Shown piece after piece: positions 40,621 to 54,688 of a DNA stretch of 64,000 nt. Source of the stretch: Octopus vulgaris (Eukaryota); contig OX597821.1 in NCBI GenBank assembly GCA_951406725.2, positions 24,304,001 through 24,368,000 on the forward strand, read 5' to 3'. The position numbers were made by a program, and so were the translations under genes. The notes below the pieces were generated by a model that searched no databases, was not told the origin of the DNA, and was given only the letters and a program-made list of their open reading frames with translations. Every line of letters starts with the position of its first letter. The first letter of the stretch is position 1.

Positions 40621-40920
40621 CATACATACATACATAATACATACAAACATACATACATACATACATATGTGTGTGTGTGTGCGTGTGTGTCTCTGTGTCT
40701 GTGTATGTTTGTGTGTCTGTGTTTGTTCCCCCACTGTCGCTTGACAACTAATGTTGGTGTGTTTACGTTCCCGTAACTTAGCGGTTCGACAAAAGATACC
40801 GATAAAATAAGTATACTAGGCTTACAAAGAGTAAGTTCTGGGGTCGATTTGTTCGACTAAAGGCGGTGTCCCAGCATGGCCACAGTCAAATGACTGAAAC
40901 AAATAAAAGAATAAAAGAAA
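40370..40920 (+). mobile_element. SINE family A with expanded and duplicated internal microsatellite region
   Basis: Identity to family; ACGGAAACTG..AGAA.CCCGTC is duplicated. Confidence 0.85.
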
Positions 40921-41428
40921 GTAAATTACTTGATCTAGTAAAAATAGCAGCCGAATCTGGAATTACATCCCACCTGTCTATAAACTGGATTATGTATGTC
41001 TTAGAATATACAAACACCTCAAATGTAAATAGATACCCTTGATTATACTGTTTTATGTGTACGGATATTACCGATTAGCGGGTTAAATCACTGAAACCTG
41101 CACAAGGCATGTCTACTAAATACCAGAACAAGTACTTAAATGCATCAAATGACATTACATTAATGCCTCGATATACGAGTTACTTGTTCTCGGAGACCGC
41201 TCGTAAAGCGAAAACTCGCAAAACAGAGCAACAACTTCCCATAGTAGCAATGTTTATATATCGTAATTCGTTCCCAGAAAAATATTTTACCTATAAAATT
41301 TATAATAGTCGTAAATAAATGGCAATAAAACAACAGTAGAATGTAAAGAATACTTTATGTAAAATAAAAAAAAATGTCAAGTTCATTTATGATAAAAATT
41401 ATTATCGTTGTTGTTGTTGTTGTTGTTG

Positions 41429-41498
<70 letters not shown>

Positions 41499-41499
<1 letters not shown>

Positions 41500-41722
41500 A
41501 AGGCAGCGAGCTGGCAGAATCGTTAGCATCCCTGGCGAAATGCTTAGCGGTATTTCGCCCGTCGCTACATTCTGAGTTTAAATTCCTCCAAAGTCAACTT
41601 TGATTTCATCCTTTCATGGTCGATAATTAAGTACCAGTTGAGTCCTGGGGTGGATGTGATCGACTATCCCCCATCCCCAAAATCCAGGCCGTATGCCTAT
41701 AGTAGAAAGGATTATTATTATT
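41499..41722 (+). mobile_element. SINE family B after (GTT/GCT)n
   Basis: Identity to family. Confidence 0.85.
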
Positions 41723-42895
41723 ACCGTTTTCTGAATCACTTTCACTCGCGCACAGTTGTAGACGCGATCGCCGATTCACAAGCACTCGTAGACTGACTTG
41801 TAGATTATTTCTTTTTAAAAAACAAGTTTAGAGTTGTTTGCTTACAAGAAACTTTTGTTTTTCGCTCTCTATAAATTTCTCGGTAACAAAGCCAGCAATT
41901 TTAAGGAGGCATACCATTTGATTACATCATAATAATAATTCTTTCCATTATAGGCACAAGGTCTGAAATTTCCATTATAGGCACAATGTCTGAAATTTAT
42001 GGTAGTAGAGACCTTTGCACTTCGTTCAAAATTAGGATCTTGTACTTGAAAAATAAAACTCGCAAAATAGTACCAGTTTAGCACTGGGTCAATCTAATGG
42101 AATTATACTCTCCCCAAAATTGCTGACCTTGAGCCATACATTTCTTCTAGTTCTTTACGTTCTGAGTTCAAATCCAGCTGAGGTCAAAACTTTACCTTTC
42201 ATCCTTTCGGGGTCGATAAAATAAGTACCAGCTGAGTACTGTGTTTGATGTAATCGGCTGGCGCCCTTACGTCCAAAATTTCAGACCTTCTGCCTATAAT
42301 GGAAAGAATTATTATTATGATGTAATCAAATGGTATGCCTCCTTAAAATTGCAGGCTTTGTGGCAAAATAAGAAACAATATTAACATTTTGCATTAATAC
42401 GAGACCCCAAACTTGAGATAGGGTTACGTGTGATTGAAGCAGTCAGGTTTGTGATTAATCGACTCCGGTTGGATGAAAGTTAAAGTTAACTATGGCGAGA
42501 TTTGCACTGGGAACATCATAGGGTCGTAACTAAATACTGTAAGTTCTTGAATTCCTTTCTTCTTAATCTATATAAATATGTTTTTTTTCTGTAACGCCTT
42601 TAACGAAGATAACAACAAAACTGAGTCATCTTTTCGCTATTATCTCACCAAAACACTATATTAGTTTGATCAGATATAATAACAAAGATCGCATATTTCA
42701 TGTTTGTTTTTCTGTTCACGCCCCAATAAGCCTTGATTTTGTCGGAGGTGTTGACCGTTTGTAAAAGTATGCAACAATCATAAAATCAACAAAGAATTAA
42801 TGACGTCATTATGACGTTCCACAACCAACTGAAAACAAACAATAGCATAACACAACATATTACGCGAGCGCACATAGATAGATATATAGATATAG

Positions 42896-42928
<33 letters not shown>

Positions 42929-43549
42929 GGCGCAGGAGCGGCTGTGTGGTAAGTAGCTTGCTTACCAACCAAATGGCCCCGGGTTCAGTCCCACTGTGTG
43001 GCACCTTAGGCAAGTGTCTTCTACTATAGCTGCGGGCCGACCAAAATATGCGCACCTATGTTAAACGTGCTGGCGAGTTTGCATGGCAACTATTTTTTTC
43101 CTCAAATAAATGCGTGATCTCTAGGACAAAATTCCTCATCCTGTAAAATGTGGCCAGAGTAGACCCGAATGAAATCGGGTTATATTAACCAAAATGTGAA
43201 AAGGGGTCTAAATGGGGCTGGAAGGTGAGTGTTTTTCTATCTACCTTGAAGCAAACCTTTCCGTTGTCACTGCCTGATATTTATGATTGATCTTTCAAAA
43301 TATTTTTCTTTCTCAACTTAATTAAGATCTTTTGTTGTTTATAAATGGGAGAGAGATAGATAGAGAAAGATAGAGAGTAAGAGAAAGCGAGGGAGAGACC
43401 GAGAGAAAGGAAGAGTAAGAGAGTGGGAAAGTGAGAGAGAAAGGAGAGAGAAACAAAGAGGGAGAATGTGGTGATAAAAAATATGAAGGAAGCAACAGAA
43501 AGTAACAACCACACTCTTACCCACGCGTAGAGCGGGTCACCTTAAGCTA

Positions 43550-43589
<40 letters not shown>

Positions 43590-43593
<4 letters not shown>

Positions 43594-43800
43594 ATCCAAA
43601 CATGAAAACACAAAGAGAAAACACAACAACGCGAGGACGTGGAACAAGTATAGTGTTATTGGACGCTCAGGAAAGGAAAGAAAGAAGGAGGATTTAACGT
43701 TTCGAGCGGAGCTCTTCGTCAGAAACATAGGAAAAGGAAAGATCCAAGGAAGGGAAGACGGAGGGAAAAAATCGCCAACGACACACACGCGGTCACATAT
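43590..43800 (-). mobile_element. Penelope-like pLTR fragment between (TA)n tracts, with minimal hammerhead motif
   Basis: Minus strand GTTT-CTGACGA-A-GAGC-tcc-GCTC-GAAACGTT-AAAT at ~43692-43726. Confidence 0.7.
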
Positions 43801-43808
43801 TGAATGAC

Positions 43809-43860
<52 letters not shown>

Positions 43861-43943
43861 CTATATATATATATATATATATTCATATATATGTGTGTGT
43901 GTGTATGTATGTATGTATGTATTCATATACATACATGTGTGTG

Positions 43944-44004
<61 letters not shown>

Positions 44005-44193
44005 TAATACCGAATACAAAATGGACATACGTAAGTCATAAAACAAGGAAAAACAGATATTGGAAAAATTTAGATTTGTGGTTAATAGAGTTAGAAAAAT
44101 CAATTAATTGATTAGTATATTGGGTACAACAGTTAGTGTGAGTTATTTTATTGGTAGACTTGTTTTCATAAAAAAAAAACCAGTTCACATACA

Positions 44194-44245
<52 letters not shown>

Positions 44246-44371
44246 CACAACACTGAAACGCGCGCGCAGACGTAAGCAAATACACACTCATACATACATA
44301 TGTATATACATATGTATATACATATTGATATATATATATATATATATATATGGATATATATACACACACAT

Positions 44372-44415
<44 letters not shown>

Positions 44416-44464
44416 GTATATATGTGCATAGATATATGAATATATATGACTATATATTTATGGT

Positions 44465-44574
44465 TTTCTTAATATTTAGCAGAAGCAACTGAGTGACTGA
44501 AGGTCCAAGAGTTTCGTTCATTGATGGATCACTCGGACTTTGGGTCAGTCTGTTGCTTCTACTGAATATTGAAA
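44465..44574. other. ~110-nt imperfect hairpin in an AT-rich context
   Basis: AATATTTAGCAGAAGCAAC/GTTGCTTCTACTGAATATT, GACTGA/TCAGTC, AAGGTCC/GGACTTT and GAGT/ACTC. Confidence 0.7.
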
Positions 44575-44941
44575 AATATATATATATATGCTCATATTTT
44601 AAGTTATATATTTTTTTTGTTTGCATCACCATGTCTGATTATATATTTATATATATCGGTGTATATATTATCCTTACCTCTTTTGCTTGCTTCTGTCATT
44701 GGACTGTGGACATATAGGGGCACCGACTTGAAGTGTTTTGTCGAAGAGATCAACAGCAGTACTTAATTTGAAACCTGTTATTTATTCTATCTTTCTCTTT
44801 TACCGAACTTCTAAGTTACAGGGGACATAAAGATACCAACACAGGGGACATAAAGATACAAACACAGGTATAAAGACACAAGTATAAAGACACACACACA
44901 TATTCATACACACACGCACTTACACACACACACACAAACAA

Positions 44942-45045
<104 letters not shown>

Positions 45046-45880
45046 GTGTGGATGTATATACAAAAGCACGCACATATGTACTACTGCTTTTCTTAGTTTT
45101 TTTATTTATGTAAAAGCGCCACTAAGTGTTGGCTACTTGGCATTCTTCTTCTTCTTCGTCTTCTTTTCTTCTTCTTCTTCTTCTTCTTCTTCTTCTTCTC
45201 CTTCTCCTTCTTCTTCTTCTCCTCCTTCTTCTCCTTCTTCTCCTTCTTCTTCTTCTCCGTTTCCTCCTCCTCCTCTTCTTCATTTCCCCCCTCCTCCTTG
45301 TTTCCCCGAGCTTCCAATTCGTTCCCATAAGCAATTCGTTCCCATAAGCAATTCAGAGGTATCCATGTTAGGCGTTTAAATTTTCACGCTTCGCATTGTA
45401 TTTGAATTCTTTTTTGAAAAAAGTCGCTTTAAAGCACGAGCAATTCCTGCAAGGCTTTCAAGATAATCCTTCCTAATTTCTGAACGTCTTGAAAAAATTT
45501 TTAAACAAACCCCTGTTATAATTCTTTTCATTCTCAGTTATGTTTAATAGAAGCGAAAATAATACTTTTCTGTACGATATTTTTCCTAATTTTTATCTCT
45601 AAACCACTGTATTTTATATTTTTAATCTTCAATATACCAGTATGACGTTTTCTTTTCGCTAATCTTCAGAGTGCAAGAAAGTCAGAATGATAGAAGACTG
45701 TAATATTAAAGAGTCATAAGCTACAAATGGTCATAGCCAGTTACGTATACTATTTATATTACAATGTATTAAGCGACAACGATCAGAATACAACAAGGAG
45801 TCATTTACAGTGCAATGTAGTAAGCTACAAACGGTTAGACTGAGCCGTGATAACCAGTCTCGCATTAAAATACCACGTCA

Positions 45881-46303
45881 GGCGCAGGAGTGGCTGTGTG
45901 GTAAGTAGCTTGCTAACCAACCACATGGTTCTGGGTTCAGTCCCACTGCGTGGCATCTTGGGCAAGTGTCTTCTGCTATAGCCCCGGGCCGACCAATGCC
46001 TTGTGAGTGGATTTGGTAGACGGAAACTGAAAGAAGCCTGTCGTATATATGTATATATATGTGTATGTGTGTATGTGTGTGTGTTTGTGTGTGTGTGTTT
46101 GTGCCCCTAGCATTGCTTGACAACCGATGCTGGTGTGTTTACGTCTCCGTCACTTAGCGGTTCGGCAAAAGAGACCGATAGAATAAGTACTGGGCTTACA
46201 AAGAATAAGTCCCGGGGTCGATTTGCTCGACTAAAGGCGGTGCTCCAGCATGGCCACAGTCAAATTACTGAAACAAGTAAAAGAGTAAAAAAGAGAGAGA
46301 GAG
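45881..46303 (+). mobile_element. SINE family A, full length
   Basis: Identity to family. Confidence 0.92.
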
Positions 46304-47189
46304 TCAGTCTATGACTACAGCTTCTGTAACAATTGGCAGTGTATCGACTGTTTCACACAGAACAAACATGTTATGACATGATGTCTGAAAAGTTTACAAC
46401 ATAACAGTGGAACATTGTTTTTATAAACATGACAGGACATGTCCTTCGACAAGATTCCACACTGTATGTACGTATGCATTTATGCATGTATGTATGTATG
46501 TATGTATGTATGCATGTATGTATGTATGTATGTATGTATGTATGTATGTATGTATGTATGTATGTATGTATGCACGTATGTATGTGTGCATGTATGAATA
46601 TACGTCCTTGGATAAGTGCATGCGTGTATGTATGTGTACGTATTATGTATATGTGTATATATATGTATGTATATATATATATGTGTGTGTATGTATATAT
46701 ATGTATATATATGTATATATATGTATATATCTATATCCATATCTATCTATCTATCTATAAATATATATATATATATATATATAAACATATATATATAAAT
46801 TCAGGTTGAATACTTGATAAATGTAAGCACCTGTATATGCCAGCTAGTAGCTATATATATATATATATATATATAAAACATACATGTTCATGATCACCAG
46901 ACAAAAGATAAACTTTTTTACTTAAAATTTTTATAAATTTTTACTCATATTTGATAAGATGAGATTCATCGAAATTGGTAATATTTTCCTTATATTATTT
47001 TATAGAATTTAAAAAATTATTTTTATTAAATTCCCTCTTAGATTGAAATGACTTAGACTTACTTCTGTGCCATTTCCACTTCTATCTTATACGTACGCAC
47101 ACACACAAATTTATATAAATAAGGATAAGATCGTTATTTAAAATACCGACCATATCAAGTGGCTAGTTATAATTATATATATATATATT

Positions 47190-48362
47190 TATATATATAA
47201 AACTGAGAATGTGTGTGTGTCTGTCTGTCTGTGTGTTTCCCTAAAAATTGAGAACTACACAACCAATTTCATTCAAATTTTACACATGCCTTACTTAGGG
47301 TCCGGGGAGTGTCATCGGCAAAAAATTTGAACTTTTTGCCTAGGGCGAGCCCACAGCAATATCATATCTTCTCCACAACGATTCCCTAAAACTTGAGAAC
47401 TACACAACCAATTCTATTCAAATTTTACACATGCCTTACTTAGAGTCCATGTAGTTTCATGGGCAAAAAAAAAATGTTCCACTTCTTGCCTAGAGCGAGC
47501 CCATAGCAATATCATATCTTCTCCACTGTTTCAGTATTACGTGTTAAAAGTGAAACAAAAACGTTTCTCTATTTTATGTCAGTTACTTTCACTTTAACAA
47601 TAAAAATAATAATAACAATTGAATTATACGTAGTAAGTAATAATTAAAATTAAACTAAAGTATAATATAATCGTAACATAGCAAAAGTAAAAATAGTAAT
47701 TGGTATAAGATTGCATCAATGACTTGAACTTGAATAAGTGGTTTCACATGAATGGGAATAAATTAAAAATAAAATTAGCGTGCAGAAATGGAATAGTCCA
47801 GATGGATAATAAAAAATTAAATTAAAGAAAAGACTATTGTCTATAAAGTAAACAATGTAGAGAAAAATGAAGATTTGAACACATGGAGGAAAGCACCTTC
47901 GAAAAGTCTCTTGGTGCGACTATGAAAGGTATCTAATCAGAGGCGGTAAAATCGCCACAATAGAAGCAAGGTTCGAGTCGACGGAGCGTGCAAGAGAGTA
48001 CTCGACTCGAAGTTGCAAATTGGAAATATTTTATTTTTACCTTTATATCTGGGACGTAGGACGTCCAGGAAAAACATTTTAAATGCCCCCTTCCCCCAAG
48101 TAGAGATAGGCTGGATTGTAGCCACACTTCTATACAAGAGGGAGGACAAGATACAATTGATCGAAATTACAAGAGACGGGCTAACAGTTCCAGTCTGTTA
48201 TATATTTTAAGTTTTGTTATCACTAGCTATATCAAGATATAACTTTGTATTTTGTATTTTATGTGTAGATGTATAGATATATATATAGATGTACATGTAA
48301 TATGTACACATATATACATGCACTAGCGCTATGACCCGGCAACGACGGGTCTTTAATGCTAG
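47190..48362 (+). mobile_element. Non-autonomous Helitron with helicase remnant; a second partial copy follows in tandem (~48363-48640)
   Basis: 5' TATATATAAAA...(TCTG)n; 3' hairpin GACCCG-gcaacga-CGGGTC then CTAG (48359-48362); internal remnants G..GKTF and GIVATLL of PIF1 motifs; ~145-bp internal repeat. Confidence 0.85.
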
Positions 48363-48679
48363 TAAATGTATAAAGATGAAAACGTGTCTGTCTGTGTGTA
48401 TCCCTAAAACTCGAGAACTACACAACCGATTTCATTAAAACTTTACACATGCCTTACTTAGGGTCAGTACAACGTCATGGGCCCAAAAAAGTTTTGACTT
48501 CTTGCCTGATGCGAGCCCAGAGCAATCTCTTATCTCTTCCACTATTTCAGTATTACGTGTCAAAAGTGAAACAATAACATCTCTCAATTGTAATGTGAGA
48601 TACTTTCAGTTTAATACTTTCACTATTAATACTGAAACTATTATCTCACATATATACATGCATGCATACATACAACTCT

Positions 48680-50326
48680 AGACTCCGCTTGGAACAACAT
48701 CACATTTCTACTCTACATAACCAAACATCTTTCGGACTCAACACAAACTCCTCCTCTCAATAACTGTCCCTGCACCTTGCTTAAAAAATAACTTTTTACC
48801 CTATCTTATTTTTACTTATTTATCTATTATTTTTATTCATTTTTCATAACTTTTATCGTTTATTTATCAATTTTTTATCCTTTAGTCTGTTATTTTTTAG
48901 TCTGTTATTTTCTATTTATTTTTTAATTCAATTTTTTTCGCATATTTCTGTTACTGTTATACTTGTTTATTTTGATCCTTTTATTTCATCTATTATTTTT
49001 CACCTTTTTATTTTTTATTTTACTTAATTTTACTTAATTTTTTATCCAATTTATCTTTTTATCTAATTTTTATTTAACTTATATTTTTTATTTTTATCTT
49101 TTTATTTTTTATCTTATTATTTTATTATTTTTATTTCTCTCACTGATTTGTTAATACAATCTTTTCCTTTTATGGCTTTATTTTACCAATTCCTGCTTAT
49201 TATATATATTATTTGTACTACTTATTTTTTGTATTAATTTTTAAAATTTCCTATTCCTATACCACACACTACACTACACATACCACATACAACCACCTAT
49301 CTCCGTCTCACGCATGCACGCATACACATACACACACGCACACAACACACGCACACACAACCCTCCACACACACACACACCAGCACATACACGAACGCAC
49401 ATATACCTCCACACACAACAACCCTCCACATACAACACAGACACACATACATAGACACACATACATGCACACACATACATACACATACATACACTTCCAC
49501 ACTCACTCACACATGCACCCATACACATGTTCACACACAAACATTCCCACTCCGTCTACGTATACATGCCAACACATATCACGCATTCACACACCATTCA
49601 GACTACCCCTCAAACACCCTTCAAACTTTCCCGACTCACTACTGACCATCCCATCTACGCCATACGGGCAAACACACACAGACACACACTGCCTCAACCA
49701 CCAATATATACACCTCTCAGCATAGCTGCTGGTCTCTCACTACGACATTAACAGACATACACAGACCACTCAGACAAACACGTGTAAACAGTTAATACCA
49801 CACACACACACACAGTTACCACCACAAGCACACACGCTACCTCCCCCCCACACACACATACAGTTACTGCCACAGACACACACATGCACACGCTACTATA
49901 CACACACACGCTACTATACACACACATGCCACCACCACACGCACATACACCACCGCGAACACACACTCAGTTACTGCCACACACACACGCTACCACACAC
50001 ACACATGCCACCACGCACACACGCGCACATATCCACACATACGCGTAAATACCAACCATACTTGACACTCCCAGAAAGCACTTTCTCTTTGTCCATCAAC
50101 TCCCGGTCATTTCAAAAATGTAACTACACGTGGACTGTTGGCCAGTTTTTCCACTTCCTCTTCTTTTGGACTTTCTTACGTCTCCCGTTTCCGAAGAGGA
50201 GCTATGCTCGAAACGTAAAATAACCACTCTTTCTTTCCTTCTCTGAACGTCTCATTAATACTTTGCATGTACTACGTTCTTGCGTTGTTGTTTTTTCTTG
50301 TCTTTTTTCTCCGTTTTTTAATTAAC
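48680..50326 (+). mobile_element. Penelope-like element 3' end: ORF terminus, long T-rich/CA-rich spacer, pLTR with HHR-like motif
   Basis: RLRLEQHHISTLHNQTSFGLN resembles the PLE GIY-YIG C-terminus (R...E...I..L.T..P.GLN); CCGAAGA-G-GAGC-tat-GCTC-GAAACGTA at 50191-50217. Confidence 0.6.
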
Positions 50327-50346
50327 TACATACACACACACACACA

Positions 50347-50385
<39 letters not shown>

Positions 50386-52089
50386 ATATATATATAGAAA
50401 GAGAGAGATGTATGTATCTATGAGTGTGTATGCATGTGTGCGTGTATGTATGTATGTAGTGGAATCTTTCAAGTATTTATTTTTATGCAAAACATTCAAA
50501 ATCCTTGTGCATGTCTGTGTGCGAGTGTGTGGTACGTATACACATACACACGCGCGCATACAGGCATTTATACAGAGTTACATTCTATTTTTTTTTTCTT
50601 TGTAAAAGAGTAAAGAAACAATGCTGGTAACGCCGACACCAGATCGTTTTGTTTTGGTTGTGAAAACAACCTCTTCACTATCGTTTATAATTACCAAACA
50701 CACGAAAACATTTGTATTCGCCACCCCTCCACTCGTATCATTTTGTATGGTATTAGGTTTCCCACACCCACACTATTAACTCCCTGAATCTCTCTCCTTT
50801 GAGAATCATCCACCATATTTGTTAATATGTTTATGTGTGTGTGTGTGTGTGCGCGCGTTTATGTGTCTATACGTATGTGTGGGCTAGGTATGTTTGTCGA
50901 TAAGTGTATATACATATGCATATCTGTATTCGTGTATGCATAAATGTATACTTGTATGCATGTATTCATGTATGTCTAACGTTCGACCTATCTATTTGTC
51001 AGTCTGCCTGTCTGTTTGTCTTTCTATCCATCTGTCTGTGTATGTATCTGTCTGTCTTTCTTTCGTCTCAGTGATAATGCGATAATCCCTCGGTATTTTA
51101 TGTCTATTTCATTAGTTAAATAAACATCATATGTTTGATGTAAGCAAAACATGGACACACCACATAACACACGAATCATTGCAGTGTGTATGCATGTATC
51201 TTAATACAGAATACTACAAGATACATGTCGCATTCGGGTCTCTATCTGGTCTGACAACTTGCTAGAAATAGCGGATAAATTTCCCCCAGGGTACACTGCT
51301 CTGTCAAATGAATAAAGCCATTTGTAGTGATGAGACCTACAAATGAAAATGAACTTGAAGCAACCAATTTTAACATCGATCTTGTCAGAATGAAAGCTTA
51401 GGCGGGTATGTGGGAGTTAAATTCGAGTAATTTCAGTGAGAAATAGGTCTGCTAAACCTTGAAGTGCACTCCTGATATTATAATACGAAGTACAGCCACC
51501 CGTTACTCCCGAGAGTGTAATATTTGGTAACATGTATCATGCTTTCGTTAATTGTTTTTGGGGCTTATGTAGTCGCGAGCCACCATTCTGGCCCCTTCAT
51601 CTTTGGCCCAGCAAAACGTTCAGGATGTAACTGCTTGAAGGAAAGATTAGAAAGATAGACAAATAGATGCAGATAGATGGGATGTTTCGTGCATTGCACA
51701 GCACAGAAGATAATCACAGGCAGTTTTAGATGTTCCAGATGTACCGGGAGTGAAATTTGGTCGGAGTCATGGGGCATCTCTCACCCTCCACTACGTGGGT
51801 TAGTTGCCCTTAGTTGCTACCGTACAGGTTTTGCCAAGTAGTGCCCTTTGGACAATAATACTGATTGTCTTATTATTTACATAGAAAGAAGATCACTCAT
51901 TAGAGGGCGTGCAATGAGAAAAGTAGAGTGTGCAGACAATTATATCGATCCTATTAATTTAACTGTTAGATAATTCTATCAACCCTGGCAAAATGGCGTA
52001 GATAAATTAATAGAACATTGATTTCTTAATCGCCTGCTGTACCACTCTTACAGTTTCTGCCCGCCAATGCCTCTAGACAGCATTACATT

Positions 52090-52305
52090 TGTCTCAAATT
52101 TTGGCACAAGGCCAGTCCTTTATGGGGTACGGGGTAAGTCGATTACATCGACCCCAGTGCTCAACTAGTCCTTATTTTATCGACTCTGAAAAAATTTAAG
52201 GCAGAGTCGACCTCGGTGGAATTTGAGCTCAGAACATAAAAGACGGACGTAATGTCGCTTAGCGCTTTGTCAGGCACATTAACGGCTCTGCCAGCTCACC
52301 GCCTT
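52090..52305 (-). mobile_element. SINE family B
   Basis: Identity to family. Confidence 0.8.
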
Positions 52306-52760
52306 TAGACATCGTTATATTAACAATTAAAAAGACCCCAAAATCGCAAATATCAACCCACGTTATCGCAGTCATTATCTACATCGTCGTCGCCATCATC
52401 ATCACCATCACCATCATCTATTTGCATTACCAAATCTTTTCCCCAATACCACCTTCAATGCCACTACCTTAAACTCCTCCTCCTCCCACTACTACTACTA
52501 CTACTACTACTACTATAAAAGTAATAAATAATACTAATACTAAAACTGATACTGATAATTAACATTATTGTCGTTGTTATCATTACATTGTTATTAAAGC
52601 GTAATGTACCGAGGGGAAAATAGTTGAGGCTGCAGTTAGGTTTAAAAATAACCACAGACGATGAAACTGAAGCATTGAGAATGAGTGGGAGGGAGAGAGA
52701 GAGCATGAGGTGGCGGAAAGGAGATGGGGTAAAGGAGACTAGCAGATGCTATGTATATAC

Positions 52761-52802
<42 letters not shown>

Positions 52803-53371
52803 CAGTTTTCCCAGGTGTTTTAGATCATAGTTGAGCAATATGTTTGAAAGTACCATGTGTCTATAAATGCTTCTCTCTCTCTCTCTGCGTGCATGTATGT
52901 GTGTGTGTGTGACTGCTCATACATATATGCACCCAGACAAAATGGCAGACAAAGAGACTGATAGCTAGAAAGACACATCCACATGTATTTATTTATATAT
53001 TGGGAGTTGAAACTTCATAAATCATTATATTGAATTACTGGTTGCCGATCTCCTGACGGATTGTCCGTCCGTCCCACTGACCGTTTGTCTATCTATCTAT
53101 CTTTTTTTTTCCTCTTCCCCTTTTTTTCCCCTTTTTTCTTCTTTTTTCATTTATCTTTTCTTTTGTTCCTTTTCCTTTTCTTCTTTTTTTTAATTAAAAA
53201 AAATTTTTTTTTGTTCTTTTCTTCCCTTTTACGATCCCTCTTGATCGAAAACCTACGCCACCCCTTTTTTTGTTTCTTTTGTTTTTTTTGTTTTTTTCAT
53301 CCCCCAAAAGAAAAGCTCTACTTTGTAACTTGTCCCATCTGTGTGCAGCCCTGTGTGGCCAATAAAGAAAC

Positions 53372-53442
<71 letters not shown>

Positions 53443-53670
53443 CCACCACTTACACAACCATCACAGCCACCACAACTACGTGGACTACAACCACTACCAC
53501 CAGTATCACGACTCTCCCTACTCGCATATTTCACAAGGGACTCGATCAATGTAAATCGACTTACCAGTGTTTCTTTTTTTTTTTTTCAAAATTGCGTCCG
53601 CCGCACAATTTAACTCTCGTGAAACACGGTTATAAATTATGTAAAGCACAAATCATTTTGTACTTTAGAC

Positions 53671-53960
53671 CAGCGGCCCCCAACCCTTTTTGCACATGGA
53701 CCGGTTTTATTCAAGACAATTTTAACACCGGGAGAGCAGGTGCATAACAAAATAAGATAAAGTGCATTATATATAATTTGATTATGACTTATATAATACA
53801 TATTACATTATAATGTATATATAATCAAAAGCAACCTGCAGATAGCATTAGTAAATACAATGGAAATAGAAATTTTAAAATCTGTTCTTTCAGTGCGATC
53901 TGGCACCAAATGACTGCCAGCCCAAATACTGTTCTACAGCTGGGTGGTATTGGACCCTTG
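53671..53960. mobile_element. hAT (Charlie-like) MITE, decayed
   Basis: Left end CAGCGGCCCCCAACCCTTTTT; degenerate right end GTATTGGACCCTTG. Confidence 0.5.
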
Positions 53961-54688
53961 CTTCACACAACTATTCAATAAATTACTTCAAAATACAAAC
54001 TATACCAGTGTTGTACCTCATTGATATGACCAAATACTAAAATGATCGAATACAGGATTCACTCAAATACGTCAATAACTTCGTGAGTTAATACAATATA
54101 TGTATCACTATAGTCAGAGGTGTACTACAAACGTCAGTCATGTACTGCAGTATACAACCACAGTCTGTGCTACACCTGCCCAGATATGATGCTTCAATAT
54201 AATTTTGTGACGGACTAACCTGCTATCAAAATTTGGTAGCAACTAATTTTAACAGAAATAACTGAGAGCTAACGTTATTCGAGATTTTAACAATCGACTT
54301 CCACTCTAGCTGTCTATTTACGTCTATCTAGCAATGTATATTTTATTAGAAATTGATTAATGTGTCGCAAGAAAGAATTGCAAGACAGTTTCTTCAAGCC
54401 GAGCTAGCTGACAGAAGACCTCGAGATAAACAAAGAACGTTGGATAATACTTCTAACCTCACTTACTCGCGCTTGAGAATTCAGTCGAAAAGTGTAATGA
54501 CCGTTGCGTTTAGAAGTCTATGAAAGAGATGTCTAAGACGCTCACCCGACAAAAACCCTCCTAGGAATTATGAACAGAGATAGATTATATATATAAGAAA
54601 TTAAAAATGGAAAATACACACACTTTACATAATTTTAATGGAATTAAAAGCGGTTTCGCTTTTGCTATTCATGATATTAAGGACTGCT

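Noticed and set aside
41154-41280. Tigger-like MITE end
   Set aside because: Only one degenerate terminus is visible, too weak to call
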